This document shows, piece after piece, positions 1 to 9,756 of a stretch of DNA of 64,000 nt. This stretch comes from an archaeon (lineage in GTDB: Archaea > EX4484-52 > WAPT01). The DNA lies in contig JAPDKB010000002.1 in the NCBI GenBank assembly GCA_029258795.1, positions 50,822 to 114,821 of the forward strand, written 5' to 3'. A program made the position numbers and the translations under genes. The notes beneath the pieces were generated by a model. The model did not search any database. It saw only the letters and a program-made list of their open reading frames with translations, and was not told the origin of the DNA. Positions within the stretch are counted from its first letter, which is position 1. Every line of letters begins with the position of its first letter.

Positions 1-1656
1 AGAATAGTTATAACTGAAATTCCATATCAGGTCAACAAAGCGAGAATGATAGAGCACATAGCAGAGCTTGTGAAGGATGGAGTTATAAGCGGTATAAGAG
101 ACATAAGGGATGAATCGGATAGAGAGGGATTGCGCGTCGTTATAGAGCTGAGAAAGGATGCAGACCCCAACATAGTTCTCAATCAGCTCTACAAGCACAC
201 TCAACTTGAAACCAGCTATTCCATGCTGAATCTGGCTCTGGTTGACAACCAGCCGAAAATCCTCACACTCCGCCAGATGCTGGATGAGTTCATAAAGCAC
301 CGCTTCACCGTCATCAGGAGGAAAGCTTCTTACGAGCTGAAGCTTGCCAGAGACAGGGAGCACATAGTGGAGGGCTTGCTCATAGCTCTGGCCAACATAG
401 ATGAGGTTATAGACCTCATCAAGAAATCAAAGGACAGGAAGGAAGCCATGAGCTCACTCATCTCAAGATTCCAGCTGAGCGAGAAGCAGGCAGATGCCAT
501 CCTAACCATGCAGCTGCAGAAGCTGACCTCCATGGAAGTGGAGAAGCTGAAGGAAGAAAAGAAGGAGCTGGAGGAGAGAATAAAGAAGCTGCAGAAGATT
601 GTGAATGAAGATGATGAAGTTTACAGGATAATGAGAGAGGAGTTTGAGGAGATAAAGAAGAAGTATGGAAGGGAGAGGAGAACGAGAATAGAGGAAAGGT
701 ATGAAAGCATCGATATTGAGGACCTCGTGCAGGAGGAGGAGGTCATAGTTCTCTGCACAAAGGAAGGTTTCATAAAAAGGATGCCCGCAAAGCTTTACAG
801 AACGCAGAGGAGGGGTGGCGCTGGCATAATAGGATTGCGTGCTGGCGATCACGATTACACAAAACATCTGATAGCTTGTTCAACCCACGATATTCTGCTC
901 ATCTTTTCAAACAAAGGTGTGCTCCGCACAATCAAAGCTTACGAGATTCCGGAGGCGAGCAGATACAGCAAGGGAAGGCACATCTCACAGCTTTTGAAAA
1001 TGGGTGAGGATGAGAAGGCGGCTGCAATCATTCCTTACAGAAAATCAAACAATTACAAGTACCTCTTCATGTACACCAAAATGGGCATCGTTAAAAAATG
1101 CGAGCTTGAGCTTTTTGCCAACGCAAAGAGGAGCGGAGTTATAGCAATAAAGCTGAAAGAGGGAGATAAGTTGATGGGTGCAATGCTCACTACAGGAAAC
1201 AATACGATAATGCTCGCAACAAGGAAGGGCATGGCAATACTTTTCAATGAGCAGGACGTCAGACCCATGGGAAGGAGCGCGGTCGGAGTGGTTGGAGTCC
1301 GGCTTGGCAAGGGTGATGAGGTCGTTGCAGGAGCTGTGGTTGATGACGCGGATTACATCCTCACGGTTACATCGAAGGGTTATGTGAAGAAGAGCAGGAA
1401 GGAAGAGTACAGGGTGATCAAGCGCGGTGGAAAGGGTGTGACTAACATAAAGCTGAGCGAGAAGAATGGTGAGGTGGTGACGGCTTTTGGAGTTAGAGAT
1501 GAGGACGAGATTGTTGCGATAACCAAGAGCGGCATGACCATAAAGGTGAGTGTGAAGCAAATTCCATGTCACGGAAGAGCAACCATGGGTGTCAGGTTGA
1601 TCAAACTTAAAGATGGGGATGTCGTGGCGGACGCTGCAAAAATAATTAATATTTAG
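1..1656 (+). CDS. gyrA: DNA gyrase subunit A, C-terminal portion (5' end cut by window edge)
   Basis: Frame-1 translation is open from nt 1 (RIVITEIPYQVNKARMIEHIAELV...) and continuous with ORF 46..1656; repeated beta-pinwheel-like segments typical of the GyrA C-terminal domain; stop TAG at 1654-1656. Confidence 0.85.
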   Translation, partial: RIVITEIPYQVNKARMIEHIAELVKDGVISGIRDIRDESDREGLRVVIELRKDADPNIVLNQLYKHTQLETSYSMLNLALVDNQPKILTLRQMLDEFIKHRFTVIRRKASYELKLARDREHIVEGLLIALANIDEVIDLIKKSKDRKEAMSSLISRFQLSEKQADAILTMQLQKLTSMEVEKLKEEKKELEERIKKLQKIVNEDDEVYRIMREEFEEIKKKYGRERRTRIEERYESIDIEDLVQEEEVIVLCTKEGFIKRMPAKLYRTQRRGGAGIIGLRAGDHDYTKHLIACSTHDILLIFSNKGVLRTIKAYEIPEASRYSKGRHISQLLKMGEDEKAAAIIPYRKSNNYKYLFMYTKMGIVKKCELELFANAKRSGVIAIKLKEGDKLMGAMLTTGNNTIMLATRKGMAILFNEQDVRPMGRSAVGVVGVRLGKGDEVVAGAVVDDADYILTVTSKGYVKKSRKEEYRVIKRGGKGVTNIKLSEKNGEVVTAFGVRDEDEIVAITKSGMTIKVSVKQIPCHGRATMGVRLIKLKDGDVVADAAKIINI

Positions 1657-1681
1657 CGCCATAATACTTTCCCTGTTGCAA

Positions 1682-1803
1682 GGGCCGGTGGTCTAGCGGC
1701 TATCTGCGAAAACCGGAGGGCTCAGCTCTCTCCGGTCTTCCAGACCGAAGATGACGTCGCCCTCACGCGGCGAAGGTCGGCGGTTCGAATCCGCCCCGGC
1801 CCA
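1682..1803 (+). tRNA. tRNA-Val (anticodon CAC, tentative) with ~49-nt intron in the D-loop region
   Basis: Acceptor GGGCCGG pairs with CCGGCCC+A; intact T-arm GGCGG-TTCGAAT-CCGCC; anticodon arm TCGCC-CTCACGC-GGCGA; ~49 extra nt between the D-loop and the 3' D-stem strand form internal hairpins. Confidence 0.7.
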
Positions 1804-2262
1804 TAGAAATTATCCGAATCGCATGTTTACCTAATCGCCAACATAATGCGTTACGAATATCACAAGGAGTGCTATCATCACGTGTTCTGCTATCATGTTG
1901 ACCGGGGTTCATTTTTCATTCTGGCCATTCTGTAACTCAGAAATGAAAGGAGAGACAACTCCCAGAAAACGCTGACCAAAACAGCCTTCTCCAATTCCAG
2001 AAGCAACATGGGCACCAGAAAGCTGAGAGCGAAGATGCTTATTAGGGAGAAGGCTTGCTCTACCGTGGTTCATCACTCCATTAGCTTGTTTGATGAACAG
2101 GTGGAACAAGCCTCCCTATAAATGTTTTGTTATCGGGACAGTATCAAAATTCCGGACATGTCAACTTAAGAACCAATTTCTCCACTCTGGCATAAAAATC
2201 AAAATAAGGGGGCTCAGCATATCTTGATTTTGCAAAACACACCTTAAAGGAGGTGATATACC

Positions 2263-2893
2263 ATGCTGAGCCCCCATATAGATGAAATGTTCTCAAGGAT
2301 ATTTAAAAGAAACAAAAAGCTGAAAGAAAAACAAGATAAAGCCAGTATTGCTTTATTTCTCGGGATTATCATACAGAAAAGCAGGAGATGAAACAGATAT
2401 GAGCCATGAGAACGTGAGAAAGTTATTCAGAAAAACGAAAGAATTTCTCAGGGAAATAAAGCCAGTAAAAAGAAAAACGATAGCAATGGATGAGACGGTG
2501 ATAAAAACAAACGGGAGGAGATGTTACATTTACGCAGCTTACGCATGAGGGCTTATGCAGCAAGAAGTTATTTGGCAGCTCTGGATTTTGTAAAACGGGT
2601 TTTTGGAGTTGGGTAAGAAAATAATCTCCTGTTTGCTGTTGATAAGGCTCCGCGGCATTAGACGGGTTTTTGAAAGACCCGGGTTGAGATATGTGCATGA
2701 GACTTCTGGAATGAGGAATAAAGTGTGGAGGGGGATCTTTTGGTTATTTGAAGCAGGGAAGTGTTTTGTTTTATTCACGACAATTAATGTGAATTTGGGG
2801 TCTGTGTTTGGAAGAATGGATAAAAGGGTTGAGGGATGGAGAAGCTTTGAGGCATCTGAATTTGTTTTTGAAGTTGTTTATGGTTTATTATGA
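2263..2893 (+). pseudogene. Degraded IS6-like transposase (multiple frameshifts)
   Basis: Three consecutive frames together read like one IS6-type transposase: MLSPHIDEMF...ALFLGIIIQKSRR*, then LYFSGLSYRK...MDETVIKTNGRRCYIYAAYA*, then RSYLAALDFVKRV and LRYVHETSGMRNKV; no single intact ORF. Confidence 0.5.
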
Positions 2894-3282
2894 TTGGTTT
2901 GTCAGGAGGTGAGGCTTATCCGGATGCACTCCTTGCACATACCACAAACATTTATATATAACTTTTGCCAAAATATAAAGCCATGATTAAAGATGCAATA
3001 ATGTTGGTTTCTATAATGTGGGGTGGAAGGTCGAAACAATAAGAAAAGAAAGTGGAAAGAATCTTCTTTTGAAATTGACTTTATTTTATGTTGCGCTGGG
3101 TATTGCTATATTTTTTTACTATGTTCGGGACTTTTATGTATATAATCAGGCATTGGATTTTTTGTTCGGTAAAATAGGTGGAACATTCCATACAATTTCA
3201 TTCCTTTCCATTTTCCTCTTCTCCGTAGATATATTTTATTCAGAGAAGTGGAAGAGATAGATATGCTTACTTTCTGGGAATT

Positions 3283-3636
3283 TTGCTGATGACTGTTTTC
3301 GTGATTTTCCTGTGGAACGTAACGTTTGCCAGTGAAATTCAGGTGGTTAAGCTTGATAAGGAGTACGTCGTAACTCACGTTTATTTTCCAGATAAATCCG
3401 AAATGATGCTTTACGTTGTTTTAGTGAGTGTAATATCATTTTTACCTATTCTCTCATTTTTAGCTTACGGAATAAAGGTTCCGGCGAAAAGAAGAAAGGC
3501 TCTAACCTATTGTTTGGGAATAGCCGTTACCGCCTCAGGAACCATGCTTTGCCTCCTTATATCCCCAATACTTGCACGAGTTATGTATCTGCTGGGTGCA
3601 GTCATCTGCTATTATGCTTTCAAAATGAAGAGTTGA
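3283..3636 (+). CDS. Small hydrophobic membrane protein (hypothetical)
   Basis: 117-aa ORF with 3 predicted TM segments, in an AT-rich region; no recognisable family. Confidence 0.3.
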   Translation: MLMTVFVIFLWNVTFASEIQVVKLDKEYVVTHVYFPDKSEMMLYVVLVSVISFLPILSFLAYGIKVPAKRRKALTYCLGIAVTASGTMLCLLISPILARVMYLLGAVICYYAFKMKS

Positions 3637-3640
3637 GGTA

Positions 3641-4114
3641 ATGAACATGACTGTGCTGCGAAAAAAAGAAAGAAGCATATGTATATCCCAGAGAGAATGG
3701 GCGGTGATGACTAAAAGGTTGTATGAAGTTGCAGGAAAGGTTTTTGGTAGAGCGCTCTATGAAGGTGGACAGGTAAAAGGAAAGGAATTGGTAAAAAAAT
3801 ATGGCGTAAAGAAAGACGATTTGAAACAATTGCAAGAAGTAATAAAAAAAGAGGGCCTTGCAAGAAATGTGGAGATACATGATAGAGAAATATTGGTTGA
3901 AGGTTCTTTTGAAGGAGAAGCTCTAAAACCATACACAAGGCCTGTGTGTTTTTATCTCGCAGGGATCATTGCAACCATTTATTCAAAGATAGAAAAGGAA
4001 GATGTAAAAGTTGAAGAAACGGACTGCATCTCCACAGGTAAAAAAGTGTGCAGGTTTGTCGTCAGGCCGCTTGAGTGGTATGAAAAGATGAATGAAGTTA
4101 TGGAAATAATTTGA
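3641..4114 (+). CDS. V4R domain protein
   Basis: 157 aa; C-terminal motif CFYLAGIIATIYS...ETDCISTGKKVCRFVV matches the V4R (4-vinyl reductase) Cys pattern. Confidence 0.55.
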   Translation: MNMTVLRKKERSICISQREWAVMTKRLYEVAGKVFGRALYEGGQVKGKELVKKYGVKKDDLKQLQEVIKKEGLARNVEIHDREILVEGSFEGEALKPYTRPVCFYLAGIIATIYSKIEKEDVKVEETDCISTGKKVCRFVVRPLEWYEKMNEVMEII

Positions 4115-4345
4115 AAAAAGTAAGCATGTTTTGGCTTCGTTTCCTTATATAAAGGGACAAGCAATTGCGACTTACTTATTCATATTATATCGTTTGGATA
4201 GAGGATGCTTGGAACTTTTGAAGTGAGAGGCTTTGGGACACCTATGTAAGCCACCTCCAAACATTTTTATTGGTTATAAGCTATATATCTCTATCGAACA
4301 AACACCTATTCGCGGTCTAAGCCGCAGTATAGCATCTTCGTTCAT

Positions 4346-4419
4346 GGGGATAGGGAAAGCTTAATCAAAATGTCGCAGTCTTAAGCTGCATGTCCCAAGT
4401 CAAGCTTTTCCCTATCCCC
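4346..4419. repeat. 17-bp inverted repeat (GGGGATAGGGAAAGCTT / AAGCTTTTCCCTATCCCC) with ~40-bp spacer
   Basis: Direct reading of 4346-4362 against 4402-4419; additional short palindromes nearby (GCGGTCTAAGCCGC); non-coding stretch. Confidence 0.5.
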
Positions 4420-4562
4420 TAAACATTTCCTTTCTTTTAAGCATGAAGTAAATTGCAATGCATAACTTTCTTGCTGCAGCAACTATTGTTTTGTGTGCTT
4501 CATAAATACCCACGGTGAGAGTCTGGGTCTTCTGGTGGCTATGCCCGACCGGGTTTTTTGAT

Positions 4563-5443
4563 ATGAGAGTGTGCATTGTTGGTCCTGCGAATCCTGGCGA
4601 GACAGAGATAGCTCTCACCGAGGCCGCCAAAAAGCGCTATTCCAAGGTATTGTACGCGCCCTTTTCCCGTCTCAGGATAGAAATGGTTGCCGGAGAGCCG
4701 AGAGCCTTCTACAAGGAATAGACCTTTCAGAGTTTGACATTGTCATACCCCGCGTCAGGAGGAGCGACGCGGATTTCGCATACGTCCTCTTAGGGGTTCT
4801 CGAGGACCTGGGAGTCTATTCTCCAATCTCGAGGGACAGCATTCTCTACGGGTTCAACGAGTATCTCATACCTTTCATTCTCGGGAGGGCTGGGGTCGAG
4901 ACCCTCACAACCCTCCTGGGCTCTACCCGGGCCGCCCTCGAGAAATCGATCTCGAGGCTGAGGTTCCCCGTGGTGGTAAAACTCCCCCACAACAAGGACG
5001 GGGCAATGATAGTGGACAGCGAGAAGATCGCCAGGTGCGTGCTCGACACTCTCGAGAGCCTCGGAGAGCCGATAATAGTCCAGGAGATGCTCGAGGGATC
5101 TGAGAGCTTCAGCATCCTCTATATCGGGGAGAGAACATATTGCATAGAAAAGCACAACGGGACCGCGAGAAAGAGAAAGCTTGGCATAGAAGAAAAGCGG
5201 ACCGCGAGGCGCATGACATCCCTCCTGGGAGCGAGCGTGTGTCAGCTGAACGGAATGATCTCTGGAGATAGGCTCGTGGTCATAGACCTCAACATCAACC
5301 CCTGGGTGCACAGACTCCAGGAGCACTTCAAGACCAACCTGTTCGAAAAGATCCTGGACCACCTGGAGAGCGGGTACTCTTCCTCTCGACGGGGCACTAT
5401 CCTAGACAAGTTCCTGAAATGGTTCGAGGAGATGAGGTGGTAG
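4563..5443 (+). pseudogene. RimK-like ATP-grasp ligase interrupted by a frameshift at ~4715
   Basis: N-terminal part MRVCIVGPANPGETEIALTEAAKKRYSKVLYAPFSRLRIEMVAGEPRAFYKE* (ORF 4515..4721) continues in another frame as GIDLSEFDIVIPRVRRSDADFAYV...PVVVKLPHNKDGAMIV (ORF 4571..5443); junction sits at a GG run; region is markedly GC-rich versus flanks. Confidence 0.6.
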
Positions 5444-5613
5444 AGTGTACAACGTTCTCATTACGGCATCGCCAAGAGTCTTGTGGACTACCCGCCAGCT
5501 TATTGAGGAGGGCAGGAAGAAGTTCAACCTCCACGTTGTCTCTCTATATGTTATCAATATTGAGGTTTCTCCCGGGATCGTCTCGTGCAGGCACAAGCGC
5601 TATTTATAAACGT

Positions 5614-6954
5614 TTAGTTTTTGCGGGAGAATAAGTCCTTATAATGACCCCAGTCCAGAATCTCCTTTAAGAAATCATTTATTTTAGACTCCAACATTAT
5701 GAGCCTTCCATCAGGGTCATAAACCCTTTCCAGAATATTTATGCGCTCGTCCAAAGTATTCCCATTTAAGCCTTGATAAAGAGGAGAGGAAAGAACTTCA
5801 TACAGTTTTTTAAGAATTTGTTCTTCACAAGCAAGAGCTTTACATTCCCGGATTTCCGATTTATATTTTTTAATTTCTTCAACCCTATTCTTCATTATTG
5901 AAATGCTTTCGCTTATTTTCTTCAGTTTTTCTTCACAATCCTCTACTCCCTTTATACTGTATTTCTTAAGCCAGATTTTTAATATCTGTGGCGGGAAAGT
6001 TTTCGGATTCTCTAGTATAATCCCCGAAAGATTTTCATCTCTTACTACCGAATTAATTTCATTGAAGATATCATCTCTGTTTATAACGTAATCCCATTTT
6101 ATTTCTATACCTTCCCGTGTTTTTTTTCCAAATTTATTCAACATATTAACAAAACTTCTCGGCAGATTGTTTGAATGTTTCTCCCACATATACTCTATTT
6201 TTCTGTCAGCTTTCACTCTATAGACTGAAAATAGACACGAAGAAAGTGGAGGTTCTACGCAGATTGGAAGACCTGAGATGTCTTCCAGACCTGAGATCTC
6301 TTCCAGATTTTCAGATTCTATATAACGATTATACTCATAGATTGGGTTTTTTGTTGATATTATAATTCTCTTGCCTTCATCCCGTTGCTCAAGGGCTATT
6401 AATGCAAGTTCATTCATGACAGCTTTTCCTATGTCTCTTGTAGCTTCTCTTGCGACAAGATCTCCTACGTAGTCCCAGTTATCGATGCATACAACCTCTG
6501 CCTCATTTATAAGCTTTTTTGGGTCAGTTAGATCGGCTTTTAGGGTCCATTCCCATTTTTCTCTATTTTCCTCTGAAAGATATATTCTAGGGTCAAATGC
6601 CTTTATATCTCCTGTGAAGATATCGAAATATACTCCTGCAGGAAATATATCTTCTTCCGCTAAAATATTAAACGCAGCTAGAATTCTGGTGGTTTTTCCT
6701 ATACCTCTTGTTCCACGAAGTTCTATATTATCTGACTTGATCCTATCTGCTAATATTTTCGAGTCCAAATAATATACTTTACATTTTAGTATGTCATTCA
6801 ATAGATTATAGTCCATTTCTTCCGCTCTGAGCGGAATATTCGGAGAGTAATCTTCTGATGTCACTTGATTTGGACTTTTAATATCAGTTTCCTTCATAGA
6901 TAGAAATTTTTGACATAAAATTTTAAATAATTTTGGCTCCACGCCATAAAACAT
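5614..6954 (-). CDS. Orphan P-loop NTPase (archaeal ATPase-like), function unknown
   Basis: 446 aa; Walker A LRGTRGIGKTTRIL, Walker B-like VVCIDNWD; coiled-coil-rich C-terminus; AT-rich gene beside IS elements. Confidence 0.55.
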   Translation of the reverse strand: MFYGVEPKLFKILCQKFLSMKETDIKSPNQVTSEDYSPNIPLRAEEMDYNLLNDILKCKVYYLDSKILADRIKSDNIELRGTRGIGKTTRILAAFNILAEEDIFPAGVYFDIFTGDIKAFDPRIYLSEENREKWEWTLKADLTDPKKLINEAEVVCIDNWDYVGDLVAREATRDIGKAVMNELALIALEQRDEGKRIIISTKNPIYEYNRYIESENLEEISGLEDISGLPICVEPPLSSCLFSVYRVKADRKIEYMWEKHSNNLPRSFVNMLNKFGKKTREGIEIKWDYVINRDDIFNEINSVVRDENLSGIILENPKTFPPQILKIWLKKYSIKGVEDCEEKLKKISESISIMKNRVEEIKKYKSEIRECKALACEEQILKKLYEVLSSPLYQGLNGNTLDERINILERVYDPDGRLIMLESKINDFLKEILDWGHYKDLFSRKN

Positions 6955-6978
6955 ATAAAAAACATTTAATTCGGCAAG

Positions 6979-7819
6979 GATTCATAACAAAAACAAGAGC
7001 TTTCTCTATTCCATCATCCAATTAATTTCCCATAAATTCAAAAACGAAGAAAATTTTTTCATGTTCTTAAAACCGCGAAACTTTCTGTATCTGTTCCTGA
7101 GCCATGAGATCAAACCTTCTGCCCTGTTATTGCTAAGAAAATAAATCATACCTTTATGAAAAACAATCTTTTTTTCAAAATGAGCTATAACACGCTTAAT
7201 CTTTCTAATTCTTAACCCCTTTCTCAGGGTTTTACTATCATATCCATACCATCCATCCGTTACTATTATCTCAGGTTTGTATCCCGCATTCTCTATAGCT
7301 TTTCTAAGCAATCTAACAACTTCTTTGCTTTCCCTTCTATCACTAACATGCATTGCCATAATTCTTGATCTTTCATCGCAGCAAACATAAAGATAGTTCA
7401 TTCTTCCCTTAGCTTTAACATACATCTCATCCAAATGCCATACCTCTGCAATTTTTTCAAATTCCTTATTCTTTGCCTTAAGCTCTTTGAGAAACTTTTT
7501 ATCCTTTCCAAATTTATGTATCCAGTTAAGAACAGTTCTTGCAGGAACTCTTATTCCTTTAAATTTTTCCATAATCTTCTCAACATCATAGGTTGAAACA
7601 ACAAATCTTGAGTAAAGCCACAGGCAAAGCATAACAATCTCTTTATCATATCTTATCCTCGCAAATTCGTCCATACCTTTTTCTGAGAAAACGTAGAAAC
7701 ATTTTTTGCATCTGTATCTCTGGTATTTCTTATCTTTATGTTTGTAAAAACCCAGCTTCCATATATCTCTTGATGAGCATCTGGGACATGAAATCTTCAT
7801 GAATTTTTTATTATGAATG
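6979..7819. mobile_element. IS6-like insertion sequence (~840 bp) with imperfect terminal inverted repeats
   Basis: Left end ATTCATAACAAAAA (~6980-6993) versus reverse complement of right end ATTCATAATAAAAA (~7805-7818), 13/14 match, bracketing the transposase ORF 7006..7800. Confidence 0.5.
7006..7800 (-). CDS. DDE transposase, IS6-family-like, with N-terminal zinc finger
   Basis: 264 aa; CPRCSS...YRCKKC zinc ribbon; DDE region WHLDEMYVKAKGRMNYLYVCCDERSR...IIVTDGWYGYD resembles the IS6 DETYVK..G..YL..A.D motif (IS1-like is an alternative). Confidence 0.7.
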   Translation of the reverse strand: MKISCPRCSSRDIWKLGFYKHKDKKYQRYRCKKCFYVFSEKGMDEFARIRYDKEIVMLCLWLYSRFVVSTYDVEKIMEKFKGIRVPARTVLNWIHKFGKDKKFLKELKAKNKEFEKIAEVWHLDEMYVKAKGRMNYLYVCCDERSRIMAMHVSDRRESKEVVRLLRKAIENAGYKPEIIVTDGWYGYDSKTLRKGLRIRKIKRVIAHFEKKIVFHKGMIYFLSNNRAEGLISWLRNRYRKFRGFKNMKKFSSFLNLWEINWMME

Positions 7820-7826
7820 AGGTTAT

Positions 7827-8726
7827 TTATATGTTTTTTGGCGTAGAACCCATTAATTTCTCTATTACTGCCAGAGTTTTCCCTATTAAATTTGTTTTTA
7901 AATTAAGCAAAAATTCGAAAAAGCTTACCCATAAGCTAAGATATTTCTTGCTTATCCCCCTAAACACCCTATACCATGATTTTAAAAAAGAAAATCTATT
8001 CTCTGCATTGTTAATATGAACATTGCCTTCCGCAAACCTTTTCTTGTTATGCGGGATTATTCCATGTTTATAACCTTTTCTCTCTATTTCCTTTGTATAA
8101 ATAGGAAAGTCATCAGTATTTACTATAGAGCCTTTCTCAACATAAGTTTCGAGTAGCTCTAAAACAAGCTCTTCACTTAAGCCTTCCAGAGCTACGAAGA
8201 ATATGCTCTTACCTTTTCTTTCAGTTAAAACTATGACTGGAGTTTTGCCTTCTTTTAGCCCACCTCTACCTTTAATTCCAGTTCCACCCCTCTTCATAGG
8301 CTTTCTAGAAAGCCTTCTATTACCCTTTTCACCAGCTGTTAGATAGGTTTCATCCATCTCAACATTAACTTTTAGCTTGGAAGCTATTTGCCTTGCAAGC
8401 AAATCTTGCTTGATTTTCTTAGCTGCTTTCCAAACATGCTCATATTTTCTACCAAGATCGATTGCTATTGAATAAATGCTTCTTCCAGCCGAATGCTCTT
8501 TTATTATATAAGACCATTCCCAAATCGGTAGCTTTGATTTATCGAATATCGTTTTGGTTCTATTGTTGAAAGTTCTTTTGCATTTTTTGCAAAGATAGCG
8601 TTGAAAGCCTTTCTTATCCTCACCCCTCTTAACAACCTCCTTTGACCCGCAGAAAACGCACCTTACTCCTTCTTTCCATCTAAGCTTTTGGATTATTTCT
8701 ATGCACTTCTCATCACCTGGGGGCAA
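7827..8726 (-). CDS. IS1595-family-like transposase
   Basis: 299 aa; N-terminal zinc ribbon CVFCGS...QRYLCKKCKRTF; DDE motifs VEMDETYLTAGEKG and VNTDDFPIY; C-terminal NAENRFSFLKSWYRVFRGISKKYLSLWVSFFEF typical of IS1595/ISH4. Confidence 0.7.
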   Translation of the reverse strand: MPPGDEKCIEIIQKLRWKEGVRCVFCGSKEVVKRGEDKKGFQRYLCKKCKRTFNNRTKTIFDKSKLPIWEWSYIIKEHSAGRSIYSIAIDLGRKYEHVWKAAKKIKQDLLARQIASKLKVNVEMDETYLTAGEKGNRRLSRKPMKRGGTGIKGRGGLKEGKTPVIVLTERKGKSIFFVALEGLSEELVLELLETYVEKGSIVNTDDFPIYTKEIERKGYKHGIIPHNKKRFAEGNVHINNAENRFSFLKSWYRVFRGISKKYLSLWVSFFEFLLNLKTNLIGKTLAVIEKLMGSTPKNI

Positions 8727-8820
8727 AATCTCTTGCAGTCAGCATACATTGTTATTTTATAGTTTTCTATTTTCGTTATGAGATGTGAGCGAAAGCTTTT
8801 TGTAGTTGATTTTTTGAACT

Positions 8821-9636
8821 TTGTTTATGATGCCCGGTAAAAAAGCTGTGATTCTAATAGGAGGAATGATAATGGTTGTGGCAGTTCTGAGCTTATGCGT
8901 GCAGAAACCGGAAGAAGGGGCACCCACGATTCAGCCAGGAAAGGAATTAAAGCTTTCTGATTTCCCTGAAGTGTTTAGCGAGAGTACTTTGATTGTTGTT
9001 GGAGACAACGCTTCTGAGGTTGAAGTTCAAGCAGCTAATGAAATTGCTGAATATTTGGAGGATGAGACCGGGAATAAACCTTTGATAAAGAAGTATTCTG
9101 AGGTTAGTGAGGAAGATAAGAGAAATTACAACTTGATTATTGTTGGCGCTTCTAATTCTAACCCTATGCTAAGGAAAGTCTCTGAGGAATGTACAAGAAA
9201 GAACTTCAAAAAATTAGAATTTAAGGGAGTTAATAGTTATTGGCAGGGCACAGGTAAAGGATACATACTTATTTTAGAAAACTTATGGTCGACAAGTAAA
9301 TGTATGTTGATTGTTGATGGATATGACAGCAGCGGGCTAGAATCTGCAGTTAGCACCCTTTTAAATACAGATATAATTATGTCCATAAACAATAGCGGTA
9401 TTTTAGTAAAATTAGAGAGTAGTACTCGAATACAAACTCTTCCAGTGTCTAAACTTTCAAAAATAGTGGCTAAAGATATTGCAGCAGAGTATTTGATAAA
9501 ACGATGTCAAACTATTCCTGAGGATAGTTTTAAGCTGAAAGTGTCGGATTTTGGAGATTACTGGCTAATTGAAGGAGGCTGTATCAAACTTCTAGTAGAT
9601 AAAAATAATGGTTTTGTAGAGGAGGTGAAATCTTGA
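8821..9636 (+). CDS. Secreted protein with S-layer-like N-terminal domain
   Basis: 271 aa; N-terminal signal/TM; conserved block TLIVVGDNASEVEVQAANEIAEYLEDETGNKPLIKKYSEVSEEDKRNYNLIIVGASNSN resembles archaeal S-layer N-terminal domains; paralog of the 9757..10685 gene. Confidence 0.55.
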   Translation: MFMMPGKKAVILIGGMIMVVAVLSLCVQKPEEGAPTIQPGKELKLSDFPEVFSESTLIVVGDNASEVEVQAANEIAEYLEDETGNKPLIKKYSEVSEEDKRNYNLIIVGASNSNPMLRKVSEECTRKNFKKLEFKGVNSYWQGTGKGYILILENLWSTSKCMLIVDGYDSSGLESAVSTLLNTDIIMSINNSGILVKLESSTRIQTLPVSKLSKIVAKDIAAEYLIKRCQTIPEDSFKLKVSDFGDYWLIEGGCIKLLVDKNNGFVEEVKS

Positions 9637-9756
9637 AGGCCAATTAATGACCTTCTTTGTATTATTCGTTCTCTTGTGTCCTACTGCATACGACATTCTA
9701 TCATCGAGATACTCTCTAAAATTCTATAGTAGTAACCAACTTTTGAAAGTTCACAT

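Noticed and set aside
330-1662. Minus-strand ORFs (330..533, 502..867, 1045..1662, 1053..1310) inside gyrA
   Set aside because: Antisense to a well-supported gene; low-complexity, Ser/Leu-rich translations typical of spurious antisense frames
4790-5362. 190-aa minus-strand ORF
   Set aside because: Antisense to the rimK-like gene in a GC-rich region where long spurious ORFs are expected
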